Source: Geosiphon pyriformis uo1 (lineage: Eukaryota > Fungi > Glomeromycota). From it: 64,000 bases of DNA. The notes beneath the pieces are model-generated. The model searched no databases. It was not told the origin of the DNA and saw only the letters and a list, made by a program, of their open reading frames with translations. Made by a program: the position numbers and the translations under genes. Positions 53,901-64,000 of this stretch are shown in pieces (positions within the stretch are counted from its first letter, which is position 1; the number at the start of each line of letters is the position of its first letter). The stretch lies in the NCBI GenBank assembly GCA_016748015.1, contig JAAOMT010000134.1:1184757-1248756 (forward strand), read 5' to 3'.

Positions 53901-54274
53901 CTTGAAATTGCTAGACTCTATTATATGTATCCAATATTTGAAAATATAGATTAGAGCAGATGAAAAAAATAAAACTGTGTTAAAAATAATAAGGTCTGAT
54001 ATTAATGCAGTATATATAGTTATTAGTAAGAAATACATTACTAAAAAACAGACAATTTATATTTTTAATAGTGCATTTATTCCAACAATAGAATTTAGAT
54101 CTCAATTGACTCACATTCCAACTAGTTGGGCTAGAAAATGGACTTCAAAGATCTTAGTTACTGTAAAAAAAAAGACAAAACTTTCAGTTAATTTCCCAGC
54201 CAGTATTATATATCACTCATTTTTGTACAACTTGTTCAAAATTAATGCTATACAAGCAAAAAGCAAGATCATAG
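50960..54274 (+). mobile_element. Second LINE family (LINE-D, A-rich sense strand): ORF1 end plus APE-RT, cut by an LTR insertion
   Basis: APE motifs KIGTINVK, KTKLT, DLN, RLNYVF, SIDH. RT motifs IPKPKE..TRLITLIENTRKILTK, DIKKTYNSV, FVNNT. Clearly diverged from LINE-A/B/C. Confidence 0.82.
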
Positions 54275-54372
54275 TATTATGGTTAAAACTCATAGTTTTT
54301 ATTAGTTATCACATGTATTAGTTACTGATGTTATATAATTAGCTACTCTATTTTTAAATAGTGATTATTAAT
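54275..54372 (+). repeat. 5' part of a family-A gypsy LTR, interrupted
   Basis: Matches 21306-21400. Confidence 0.82.
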
Positions 54373-54399
54373 TAGCATATACTTTATGTGTTAATTTCT

Positions 54400-54517
54400 A
54401 AAAAAACTCTTTCTTTCTTAATTTTTATGATCATGACAAGAGCTAAGAGTAAAAAAGTTGCAAATATTACTTTTCTTATAGTAACTAATAAAGTTTTAAC
54501 ATCAAAAAGTTTCTTTG
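54400..54517 (+). mobile_element. 5' end of a half-LINE subfamily 2 copy (E4), interrupted
   Basis: aaaaactctttct..ATG..ACAAGAGCTAAGAGTAAAAAAGTTGCAAAT matches 56788-56900. Confidence 0.78.
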
Positions 54518-54818
54518 TTTTTTTTTTTTGTTAACATATAGCCATGCTGGTTATTTATTAGTTATATTCACAAAATTGTGGCATTTTTATAAAGCCAGCT
54601 CATCCAATAATACAAAAATCACAAGATGTAGCTAACCACAAGTGAAAACTCCTAACTATACATTAGTACTATTTTTGCTACTTAATATATTAAATAAATC
54701 TAATTCATATATTTTATTCATAATGCTAACAAGCTTATAATTGTTTTTAATAAAACTACTTATTTACTTAGCAGTCTGATCAAGATCAGATTTAATACTA
54801 GAGAGCTAATCTTCTTAT
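54518..54818 (-). mobile_element. 3' end of an unidentified poly(A)-tailed retroposon
   Basis: A poly(T) run breaks E4 and is followed by ~290 bp with no match elsewhere in the window. That segment is itself cut by a gypsy LTR. Confidence 0.45.
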
Positions 54819-56787
54819 TGTTATAATTTGGAGTAACAAGCTAATGAATAGCAAGGGAAAACAAGATTATAAGGTAATAAAAAAAATTAAAGGAATTTTA
54901 ACTTCAAAAAGTGAATTGAATAAATATAGATTTAATGTGCAAGATTAGTTTCATAAAATATCTCAGTCACTATACTTTTTAAGAATAACCAGAAAATCTG
55001 AAAGTAGAGGGATAGTCTGTACTGTCAACAAATGATCACACTTTGATATAATTCTATGTCTCATGTTAGCACTTTTAGAATTCAATATCAGATATCAAAT
55101 GTACTCTTTAGTCACATTTTATTTAATAATCTTCAAATACTACAATTACATGTTTCAAGAAAAAGATAGAAAATAACCAACAAGTAATCTTTTAATCCAA
55201 GATGTTCAAATACTTGAAAGTAGGGAAAAAAAAATTAGTGATAAGAAAAAAATTAAGATAAAAGTTGTTATTTTTTTAATTTGATTTCCTTAATTTCTAC
55301 ATGTTTTTCTACAGCTAAGAGATTTATCACTTATATAGCTATCAAAAGTGGTCAATAATTAGGTTAATAATCACTTTTTAAAAATAGAGTGGTTAATTTA
55401 TATGACATCAGTGACTAATACATGTGATAATTAATAAGAAGTATAAGTTTCAACCATAACATCATCCTTTCTAAAGAGATTAAGCTCCAGTAAAATCAAG
55501 CTATTTATGGTGTAATCTATTTGAAAGGTTTTATCTAACTCAAAGCTAACTAGTTTGTTGAAGTCTTTTGTGGATAAAATATATAACACTTAAAGCAAAA
55601 TGAGTTTTGTATCCAAGAGACTAAATTTTTGTATTAAAGTTTTGGCTCTTTTAGCAATAGTTAAAACTTTTGGGACATTTAATCATATAATGCCCAAAAT
55701 TTCTGCCTGTATCTCTGAAGTTGTTTTTTTCATGAGTTTTATATTCTCTATGATTTCACTAAGGTGACCATAGAGTTCTAATTGCCTTCCATATAACAAG
55801 TTTTTGTCTATAAATAAGATTTCTTGGAGTGTTTTTCCAATTGTGCTGAAAGGTGAAAGTATAGCTGCTGTTATACTTTTCAACAGATATTTATCTATTT
55901 TGCTACCAATTTTTTCTCTTTTGGTAGTAGTTTTCTTTGGTTTAATAACAGTATGTGTTCCATTGTTATCAGTTATGGTGGTTTGTTTTCCAATAGTCAA
56001 AGTAGCATTTGGATAGTTTTTGATCCAATACTCATGGAGAGTATAGAAGACATTTTGAATGTTTTGATCCAGAAAATAATTGTTCATGTCAATTGAAAAT
56101 ACCTCTGTTTTGGGAATAGTGCATTTATTTATACTTGATTTTTGCTAATTATTTGAGTCAATATTACCACAACAGGCAACCAATCAGGTCGTTTATGATA
56201 TTTCTTGAGTCATATACCATAAACAAGATAATCATTGAAGATTGTTTCAGATTGATCTTGAAGAATATAAGAACTATTGTTCAAAACTTTGTTGACTATA
56301 AAAAGTTTTTTCCACTAGCTAGAGAATTTATTATCATAGACATTGTCTCTATCTGAACAGTATTCCAATACCAAATTACCAATACTTAAAGAAAATGTTT
56401 TATAAGTTTTCTTTTTTTTTTAAGTTTTTCTTGGAACTGTTTTATCTTTTCAAAAGCAATTATTTGTGCTTCTACTAAGGAGTCAAAAATGGTACTAAGT
56501 CTTCTTTGCAAAATGTCTTTGTAATTTTCTATTGTGATCTCTTCAAAGAATATTGTCTCAATGTTAATTTTTATTGGTAGTGTTGTCATGCATCCATAGA
56601 GCAGATAAAAAGGTTCATAATTTGTCATGTCATGATTCACAGTTTTATAAGCAAACAAAGCTGAAAGCAATACTTTGTTCCATAAATTTATTTTTTTACT
56701 GGTTTTGGCTAGGGTTTTACATAGTGTTCTATTAAAACATTCCACTAAGTCATTTGTTTGGGAGTGATAAAGAGAAGAAAGTTTATA
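54819..56787 (-). mobile_element. Family-A gypsy copy G2: 3' LTR (54819-55461), ORF3 and integrase C-terminal half, interrupted by E5
   Basis: Collinear with 58903-60892. ORF3 MNNYFLDQNIQ. Integrase ECFNRTLCK..LLYG. Confidence 0.9.
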
Positions 56788-58902
56788 AAAAAACTCTTTC
56801 TCTCCTAAAATTCATGACCACGAATAGAGCTAAGAGTAAAAAAGTTGCAAACATTACTTTTTCTATAGTAATTAATAAAGTTTCAACATGAGAGGGTCTC
56901 TCTGTTATTAAAGCAGCTAGACAAAATGTTCTGGCAACATTTCTCTTAAAAAATATTAGTGATAAGCTGTCTTTAGCAGCTTTTGGTTCATTTTTTTCAT
57001 CTTTGGCTGGTAGTTCTTCTCCAGTCAAAGTTCTTTTAAAAAGACACATTTGGGTTAGTTCTAGTGTTGTCTCTACTACTTTGAAAAGCCCAAAGATTTT
57101 TAATAACAAACCAGTTAACAAGTTAGTCTTTTCTGCTTTCATCACTCCCATTATTACTTCTACTACTATTGCTTCACAAATGGCCATAAAAGCCAAAAAT
57201 TCCAAAAAACAGCAGCAGGCAGTTGCAACTGCTATGGTCACACCAAATCTCTTTGTGGTTCTAGATGAGATCTTCGGTAAGATCTCCACAGCAGCAGCCA
57301 GCCCTCTTTCTGATATGGATGGCAACAGCAGTGGCATATCTTCCAAGATGGGCCAAGATCAACCACTGGCTGTGTTGCCTGATATGGTACTCTCTGGCAG
57401 ATCATTGCCAATCCCAGTAACAAAACAGTCTATCAATCCAAATAATCTCAAAGATTGGGCTGATCAGATAGAAATGGAATCAACTGTCTCTCCTCCAGTT
57501 TCTGGTGCTGCAGATGGTGGTGCTTGGGAAAATGTGAATGGTCGTCAGAGGTTCTCTGGTTGGGTGGCCTCAAATCTAGTACCTGGAGCTACATTTAAGA
57601 TCAAAATGGCCCTGTTTGGTTTCTTGTTTCAGTTACTGCCTGGTTGTATTGGGCTTAAGTTAGTTTTATGAGATGCTGTTAAGTTGTTCTGTGTGGAATT
57701 TGCATCTCAGGAGTGTTTAAATGATGCCACCAAAGTGGCCATCAGGGATGAAGTGTTTTTAACCATTCTTAAGATTGCATGGTCTTCTGGTGTGGCCTCT
57801 GTTTTTTCCTCTTCCTTGTCAGTTGCACTACACAATGTACCTTTGGGTATCTTTTTTGATGACATCAAAACTGCTCTTGGTATTTTTGGTGTTGTCACTT
57901 CTGTTAAGTTGAAGCCTGCTGGCTTATGACAATATACTGTAGTTAATTTTAAGGACATTTCTTCTGCTGCTGCTGCTCTCTCTAACTGGTCTGTATTGGT
58001 CAGAAAAAATAGTGTTAGGATTTTTTCTGTTGCCAACCAAAAGAAGATTATTTTCTCAAGAGATGCATTCAAAACTAAGTTGGTCAATTTTCTATTTGGC
58101 TGTACTGCCTTTAAGATAAGCAATTTGGTCTCCCAAGTTGGTGGCTATACATGTTTCATTCCTTGCTTTCCTGAATCTTATTAATGTCAATGCTTTGCTG
58201 TGGTTACCTTTAATTCTTTGGAATTTCTAAATGTTGCTGTGTTAAAAACTGGTATCTTGTAGGGTTGTCAGATCTGGTGGGAAACTTCTGAGTGTTGCCA
58301 CTGTTACAGGTGTCAAGACTTAGATCATTTGGCTGTAGACTACAAGAAGTTGTCTCCTCCCACACCCAAACTCTACTCCAACACTTCTGGTGGCCCCAAA
58401 ATTTTCAAACCTTCGTTTGCTGGATCTAAATCTTATGTCAAGCTGCTGCTTTTGTGGTTCCTCCTGGTGTTGTTGCTGCTGATATAAACTTGGATCTTGG
58501 TGGTCCTTCCAAAACTACACCACCTATGGTGTCTGCTATATCTTTTGTTCCCAAGTCTGCTGTTGAATCTAGGTTGGCTTTCTTGGAATCTCATCTTAGT
58601 GAACTTTCTGTGTTAATAAAATCCTTAGTTAAACCTGTTGGTGCTCTTGTTGTGTTGGTTACTAAACTGCTGTCTATTCCAACTGCTGTGGATGTATTGG
58701 TTAAGAAATGTGTGGATGGTTTGGCTAAGCAAAATAAAGGCTTGGCTGCTGTTGTTTCTGTGATGCAAAGAAGCATTACACACCTTGAGAAAAGATGTGA
58801 ACAGGCTGGCTTGGAGGATGGATTAAATGTTGATGACATGGTTGATAATAATGATGATAACGATAAAGATTTTTCAGTTTATGATAATACCTTTGATCTT
58901 AT
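56788..58902 (+). mobile_element. ORF1 element, half-LINE subfamily 2 (E5), interrupted by gypsy G3
   Basis: ATG at 56814 and knuckle CYRCQDLDHLAVD(C>Y). Homologous to E1 but with a different C-terminus. Its 3' end lies outside the window. Confidence 0.85.
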
Positions 58903-59538
58903 TGTTACGGGTTGGAGTAACAAGCTAATAAATAGCAAAAGAGAACAGTATTGTATGGTAATAGAAATAAACAAAGAAAGAATTACAATAAGGGAGCAAA
59001 TTGAATAAGTAGGAATTCAATGTGTGTGATCAGTCTCATAAAAATCACAGTCGCTAATCTTTTCTTAAATCTGAAAGTAAAGGAATAGTCCGTGATTGTC
59101 AACAAGATAACACCACTGCTATTATTTTATGCCTCAACTCGGCAATTCTTAGAATCAATAACAGGTATCGTTGTACTTTTCAATCATTTCTTTATTCAAT
59201 GAATTACAAGAGCAAGCCAATTGCTTCTCAGGCTAATTCTAACAAATACAAATCAAGAAAGGGAAAAGATAAGGTATGTGAATGCCGACAAATAGATACT
59301 TGAAGGTAAGAAAAGGGGAATAAGCAATTATGAGAGGAAGTAATTGATATTGTTTTATTTTGTTACTTTGATCATGTCTTTCTACAGTTAAGGGAATCAT
59401 CACTTATATAGCTATCTAAAGTGGTCAACAATCAGGTCAATGATCAGGTCAATGGTCAGGTCATTGATCAAGTCAATGATCACTATCTAAAAATAGGGTG
59501 GCTAATTATATGACATTAGTGGCTAATACATATGATAA

Positions 59539-60195
59539 TTAATAAAAACTATGTGTTTCAACCATAACATCATTCTCTCCAAAGAGATTGAGCTCTGGCA
59601 AAATCAAACTATTTATGGGATAGTCTATGTGAAGGGTTTTGTCTAACTCAAAACTAACTAGTTTATTGAAGTCTTTTGTGGATAGAATATATAGTACTTG
59701 AGGCAAAATAAGCTTTGTATCTAAGAGACCAAATCTTTGTATTAGAGTTCTGGCTTTTCTAGCAATAGTTAAAACTCTTGGGACATCCAATTGTATAATG
59801 TCCAAAATTTCCACTTGTATCTCTGAAGTTGTTTTCTTCATAAGCTTCATGTCTTCTATGATTTCACTAAGATGACCATAGAGTTTTAGTTGTCTTCTAT
59901 ATGACAAGTTTTTGTCTATGGGCAAGATTTCTTGTATTGTTTTTCCAATTGTGCTGGAAGATGAAAGTATCACTGCTGTTATACTTTCTAGCAGGTATTT
60001 ATCCATTTTGTCACCAATTCTTTCTCTTCTGGTAGTTGTTTTCTTTGGTTTAATAACAGTGTGAGTTCTACTGTTGTCTGTTATAGTGGTTTGTTTTCTG
60101 ATAGTCAGAGTAGCATTTGGATAGTTCTTGATCCAATACTCATGGAGAGTATAGAAAGCGTTTTGAATGTTTTGATCCAGGAAATAATTGTTCAT
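59539..60195 (-). CDS. Gypsy accessory ORF3, about 220 aa, unknown function, overlaps the PPT and 3' LTR
   Basis: Open frame from MNNYFLDQNIQ. Conserved in G1 (from 27679) and G2 (from 56087). Confidence 0.75.
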   Translation of the reverse strand: MNNYFLDQNIQNAFYTLHEYWIKNYPNATLTIRKQTTITDNSRTHTVIKPKKTTTRRERIGDKMDKYLLESITAVILSSSSTIGKTIQEILPIDKNLSYRRQLKLYGHLSEIIEDMKLMKKTTSEIQVEILDIIQLDVPRVLTIARKARTLIQRFGLLDTKLILPQVLYILSTKDFNKLVSFELDKTLHIDYPINSLILPELNLFGENDVMVETHSFY

Positions 60196-60236
60196 GTCGA
60201 TTGAAGATACCTCTGTTTTGGGAATGGTACATTTAT

Positions 60237-61550
60237 TTATATCTGATTTTTGCTGATCATTTGGGTTGGTATTACCACAACAGGTAACCAATTAGGTCAT
60301 TTGTAATATTTCTTGAGTCACATGCCATGAACAGAACAATCACTGAATATTGTTCCATATTGATCTTGTAAGATATAAGAACCATTGTTCAAAACTTTGT
60401 TGACTATAAAGGGTCCTTTCCACCGGCTAAAGAATTTATTACCATAGACATTGTCTCTGTCTGAATGGTATTCCAAAACTAAGTCACCAACACTTAAGAA
60501 AAGTGTTTTATAGGTCTTTTTCTTTTTGAGCTTCTCTTGGAACTGTTTTATCTTTTTAAAGGCAATTATCCGTGTTTCTACTAATGAGTCAAGAATAGTA
60601 CCAAGTCTTCTTTGCAAAATGTTCTTGTAATTTCCTATTGTTATTTCTTTAAAAGGTATTGTTTCTATATCTGTTTCTATTGGTAGAGTTGCCATTTGTC
60701 CATAGAGCAGATAAAAGGGTTCATAACTTGTTATGTTATGATTCACAGTTCTGTAAGCAAACAAAGCTGAAGGCAATACTTTGTCCCATAGGTTGGTTTC
60801 TTTACTGGTTTTGGCTAGGATTTCACATAGTGTTTTATTGAAATGTTTCACTAGGCCATTTGTTTGGGGGTGATAAGGAGAAGAGAGTTTATGACATATT
60901 CCCATTTTTCTACAAAGTTTTTCAACCAGTGTACTGAGAAAAGCTCTTCCTCTATCAGATAAAAATTCTTTGGGGCAGCCGTGGTAACAGATAATATTTT
61001 CATAAATGAAATTGGCAATTGAGACTGCTGTTTGATCTGGGGTGGCTCTTGCTTCTACCCACTTTGTAAGATAGTCAGTAGCTGTGATAATATATCTGTT
61101 GTTATTAGGAGTTACTGTTAAAGGTCCAACAACATCTATACCAATTCTATCAAATGGTTGACCAACAGAAATTGGATGGATATCTTCCTTGCAATTGGGT
61201 TTTCCTCTTCTTTGGCAGGTATTACAGGTTTTGATGTATTCAGCAATGTCTTTTCCCAAGGTAGGCCAATAATAGCAAGCTAAAGTTTTCTGAATTGTTT
61301 TTGTTTTTCCAAAGTGTCCAGCTAATGGATCAGTGTGCATATTGTAGATCACAATTTCTCTTTCATCAAATCTAATGACTCTCTGGGGGCAGTCAGGATC
61401 TTTTCTATTTCTTTTATATAACTGGTTCTGGCAAATCAAATAGAAATTTGATTGTTTGCACAAATGTTCTCTTTGCTGTCAAGTATAGTCTGGCAGGTAT
61501 TGTCTTTTACCCAAAAATTCTATTAAAGCAGAGTAGTTGTTCAAGCCCAT
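60237..61550 (-). pseudogene. Integrase in a separate ORF with its own ATG at 61550, with a few CGA>TGA stops
   Basis: HHCC finger H..GH..CNTC, core DVVGP..SDRG..(E>K)HFN, GPF motif WKGPF. No chromodomain. Confidence 0.88.
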
Positions 61551-61615
61551 TATCGTGTTTGTTTGTGGGGGAGTTACAAATAATTAAGTTGGTTTGGTTT
61601 GAGAGGATTTTACTA

Positions 61616-64000
61616 TCACTGGATGGTAAGTCTAAAGAGAGTGTTGGCATTTTGATGATTAGCTCCTTTGCGGTGTTGAATGTCATAGTCGAATTCATCC
61701 AAGTAGAGTATCTAGTGAGTTATCTGTTTATGTTCCAGGTTTCTTTTGTTGTGTAGCCAAACCAAAGCTTGGTGATCTGTTACCACCAAAAATTTCACAC
61801 CCTTAAGATATTTGTCCCAGTAGCTAGTAGTCCAAACTACTGCTAAGCATTCTTGCTTAATGACTGAGTAGATCTTTTCTGCTGGTGTGAGAGTTCTACT
61901 GGCATATGCTATGGCATGTTCTCTGTTATCTTCATCTTTTTGGGAAAGAACAGCACCAAGTCCATAGCCAGATGCATCAGTGTGGAGGATAAAAGGTCGA
62001 TCCAAATTAGGTTGCATGAGAATGGATTCTGTAACCAGTTTTTCCTTCAGAATTTCAAATGCTTTTTGTTGATGAGTGCCCCAGTGATAATTGATGTTTT
62101 TCCTAAGTAGCTGATTGAGAGGAGCAGCAATTTTGGAGAAATCCTTGACAAACTTGTGATAATAAGAGGCCAAACCAAGAAAAGAGCATAGTTCATGAAC
62201 ATTTATTGGTTGTCTAATGTTTTGAACTTTTTCAATTTTGGCTGGATCAGGAAAGATTCTATCTTTTGTAATAAAATGGCCAAGAAACTGGGTGGATTGA
62301 CGTCTAAAGAATAATTTGATTGGATTAATCTTGAGACCAGCATTTCTAAGGAGGTCAAAAACCTTTTGCAAATGTTCAAGGTGTTCATCCCAGTTTTTTG
62401 AGTATACCATTATGTCGTCTAAGTAGACTAGAACAAAGTTTTCTTTTACTGATTCAAATACTTTGTCCATTAAGTATTGAAAAGTGGAAGGAGCATTTGT
62501 AAGACCAAAAGGCATGACTGTGAATTCATAGGTACCATACTTGGTGATGAAGACAGTTTTCTTTCTGCTTTCTGGATTCATCTCTACTTGCCAGAATCCA
62601 GCAGTTAAGTCAATGGTTGAGAAGAAAGCGGCACCATGGAATTGGTCTAGCATTGCATCAATCTTGGAAAGTGGGTACATGTCTCTTTCAGTAATGGCAT
62701 TTAATTGGTGATAGTCAACACAAAAGCGTAGGGTTCCCCCTTTCTTGGATACCACTACAACTGGAAATGCCCATTCACTCTTGGTTTCCTGTATGAATCC
62801 AAGGGTTTTCATTTGGGTTATTTCTTTTTTGATAAACTCATCATTGTGCTGGTTGAATTGATAGGACTTCAAATGGATGAGGTGGGTTTCTCTGGTAATG
62901 ATAGTGTGTTGTATCACATGTGTACGTCCAGGAGGTTCACCTTTTTTTGAGATAACTGGGCTGTTTCTAGCCAGCAGGCTTTCAATGTCTACTTTTCTTT
63001 CTTCTGGAGAGAGTTCTCTTTGTTCTACAACCAGTGATTGGATTTTAGGTGGTTTGTTTTCAAAGGACTTTTGGACTTCTTTTATTTCCTCTCGGGGTAT
63101 TAAGCTGATTGGTTCCCAATCTTTGTAATAGATCAGACAGGACATGCATTCATCACTAGGAGAATACAATGGTTTGTCACACCAGCACCAGGCACAAGGA
63201 CCATGCCACCAATAACTGTATTTGGCTTTCATGTCTGGCTTTCTGTCAAAGGTTCTTCTGAGCATGTCATAATAAGGCCAGCAGATCAGCTTGCCATTGA
63301 CAATGATTTCTTCTTTATCTGTCTTGACATTATCCAGTGGTTTGCAGTTTCTTCTTGTTCTTCTTGTTCTTCTTCTTCCTCACTTTCTTTATCATCTGAT
63401 TCGTCTGATTCATTTTCTTCTGGGCTCTGCTTGAGTACTGGGGGAGTTGTCCAATGGTGACACTTAACCACAATGGGTTTCTCACCACATCTGATGGTTA
63501 GTTTACAGAGTTTATAATCAAGCAAAGTCTTTGCTTTCTTGAGCTATTCATTGCCAACAATGATGGTGTATTCTTTTGCTTCAGACACTTCCATATCAGT
63601 TTCAATGCTGATGCCATTAATGCAAACAGGAATAGCTTTAGCTATGCCAAGCCCTTTTTTCTTATCACCATGCACATTGGTCATTGGTCGTGTGGATGGT
63701 TCATCAATTTTTCTGCCAATTGCTTCAAAAAAGTGTTTGGCAATAACACTAACAGATGATCCACTGTTTAGGATCAAATCGATGAAGTAGCCAGCTACTT
63801 GGGCTTTACAAATTAGAGGAGTGACATTGCTATTGTCAGCAAGTCCAGCTTGGCGAGGGCGTTTGTTGGTTTTGGGTGTCTTTTTCTTTGAAATCAGGGA
63901 TTTGCGAAGATTTTTTCTGAATTGTGGATGGGTCATCAATTGGCCAAAGGTTATATGCACTGGGGTTTCCATAAGGTCTTTGACAACAGAATAGGGGCCG
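61616..64000 (-). pseudogene. Gypsy (gag)-protease-RT-RNase H polyprotein, with 2 TGG>TAG stops and one frameshifting deletion
   Basis: ORF-track fragments 63544-63972, 63286-63525 and 61712-63265. The frame ends ..ANHQNANTLFRLTIQ TGA TAG TAA. Confidence 0.9.

Larger units (their letters stand above)
58903..64000 (-). mobile_element. Family-A gypsy copy G3 (least mutated), 5' part beyond the window, 3' LTR 58903-59569
   Basis: PR LILNSGSSVSV, RT YLDD, RH LHTDASGYGLGAVLSQ, integrase and ORF3. PPT-like GGAGAGAATGA directly before the LTR. Confidence 0.95.

Noticed and set aside
63335-63350. Frame change between protease and RT in G3 as a programmed frameshift
   Set aside because: Comparison with G1 (about 24538-24571) shows a ~34-nt deletion specific to G3.

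Overview
Eukaryotic genomic DNA with short GT-AG introns, most likely fungal. The gene style and TE families suggest an early-diverging Glomeromycotina-type genome, but that is an inference. Two small CpG-retaining gene islands are present. Island 1 (1-2.5 kb) holds the 3' part of PEX2 and an RNase P/MRP Rpp14/Pop5/Pop8-like gene. Island 2 (32.4-37.6 kb) holds SYF2 with a very long AT-hook-rich N-terminus, an unexplained 1 kb segment and a MITE. Everything else is nested, CpG-free retroelement DNA hypermutated by C>T/G>A transitions. The retroelements are: APE-RT-RNase H LINEs; an ORF1-only 'half-LINE' family sharing their structured ~110-nt 3' tail; a second LINE family; a Ty3/gypsy family; and solo LTRs of a second LTR family. 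In the Ty3/gypsy family the integrase sits in its own ORF and is followed by an unknown ORF3 that runs into the 3' LTR. The most notable observations are the ORF1-only satellite retroelement with its shared 3' RNA structure, the tricistronic gypsy, the RIP-like non-CpA hypermutation, the AT-hook-SYF2 fusion and a roughly 7-level insertion nest at the right end.
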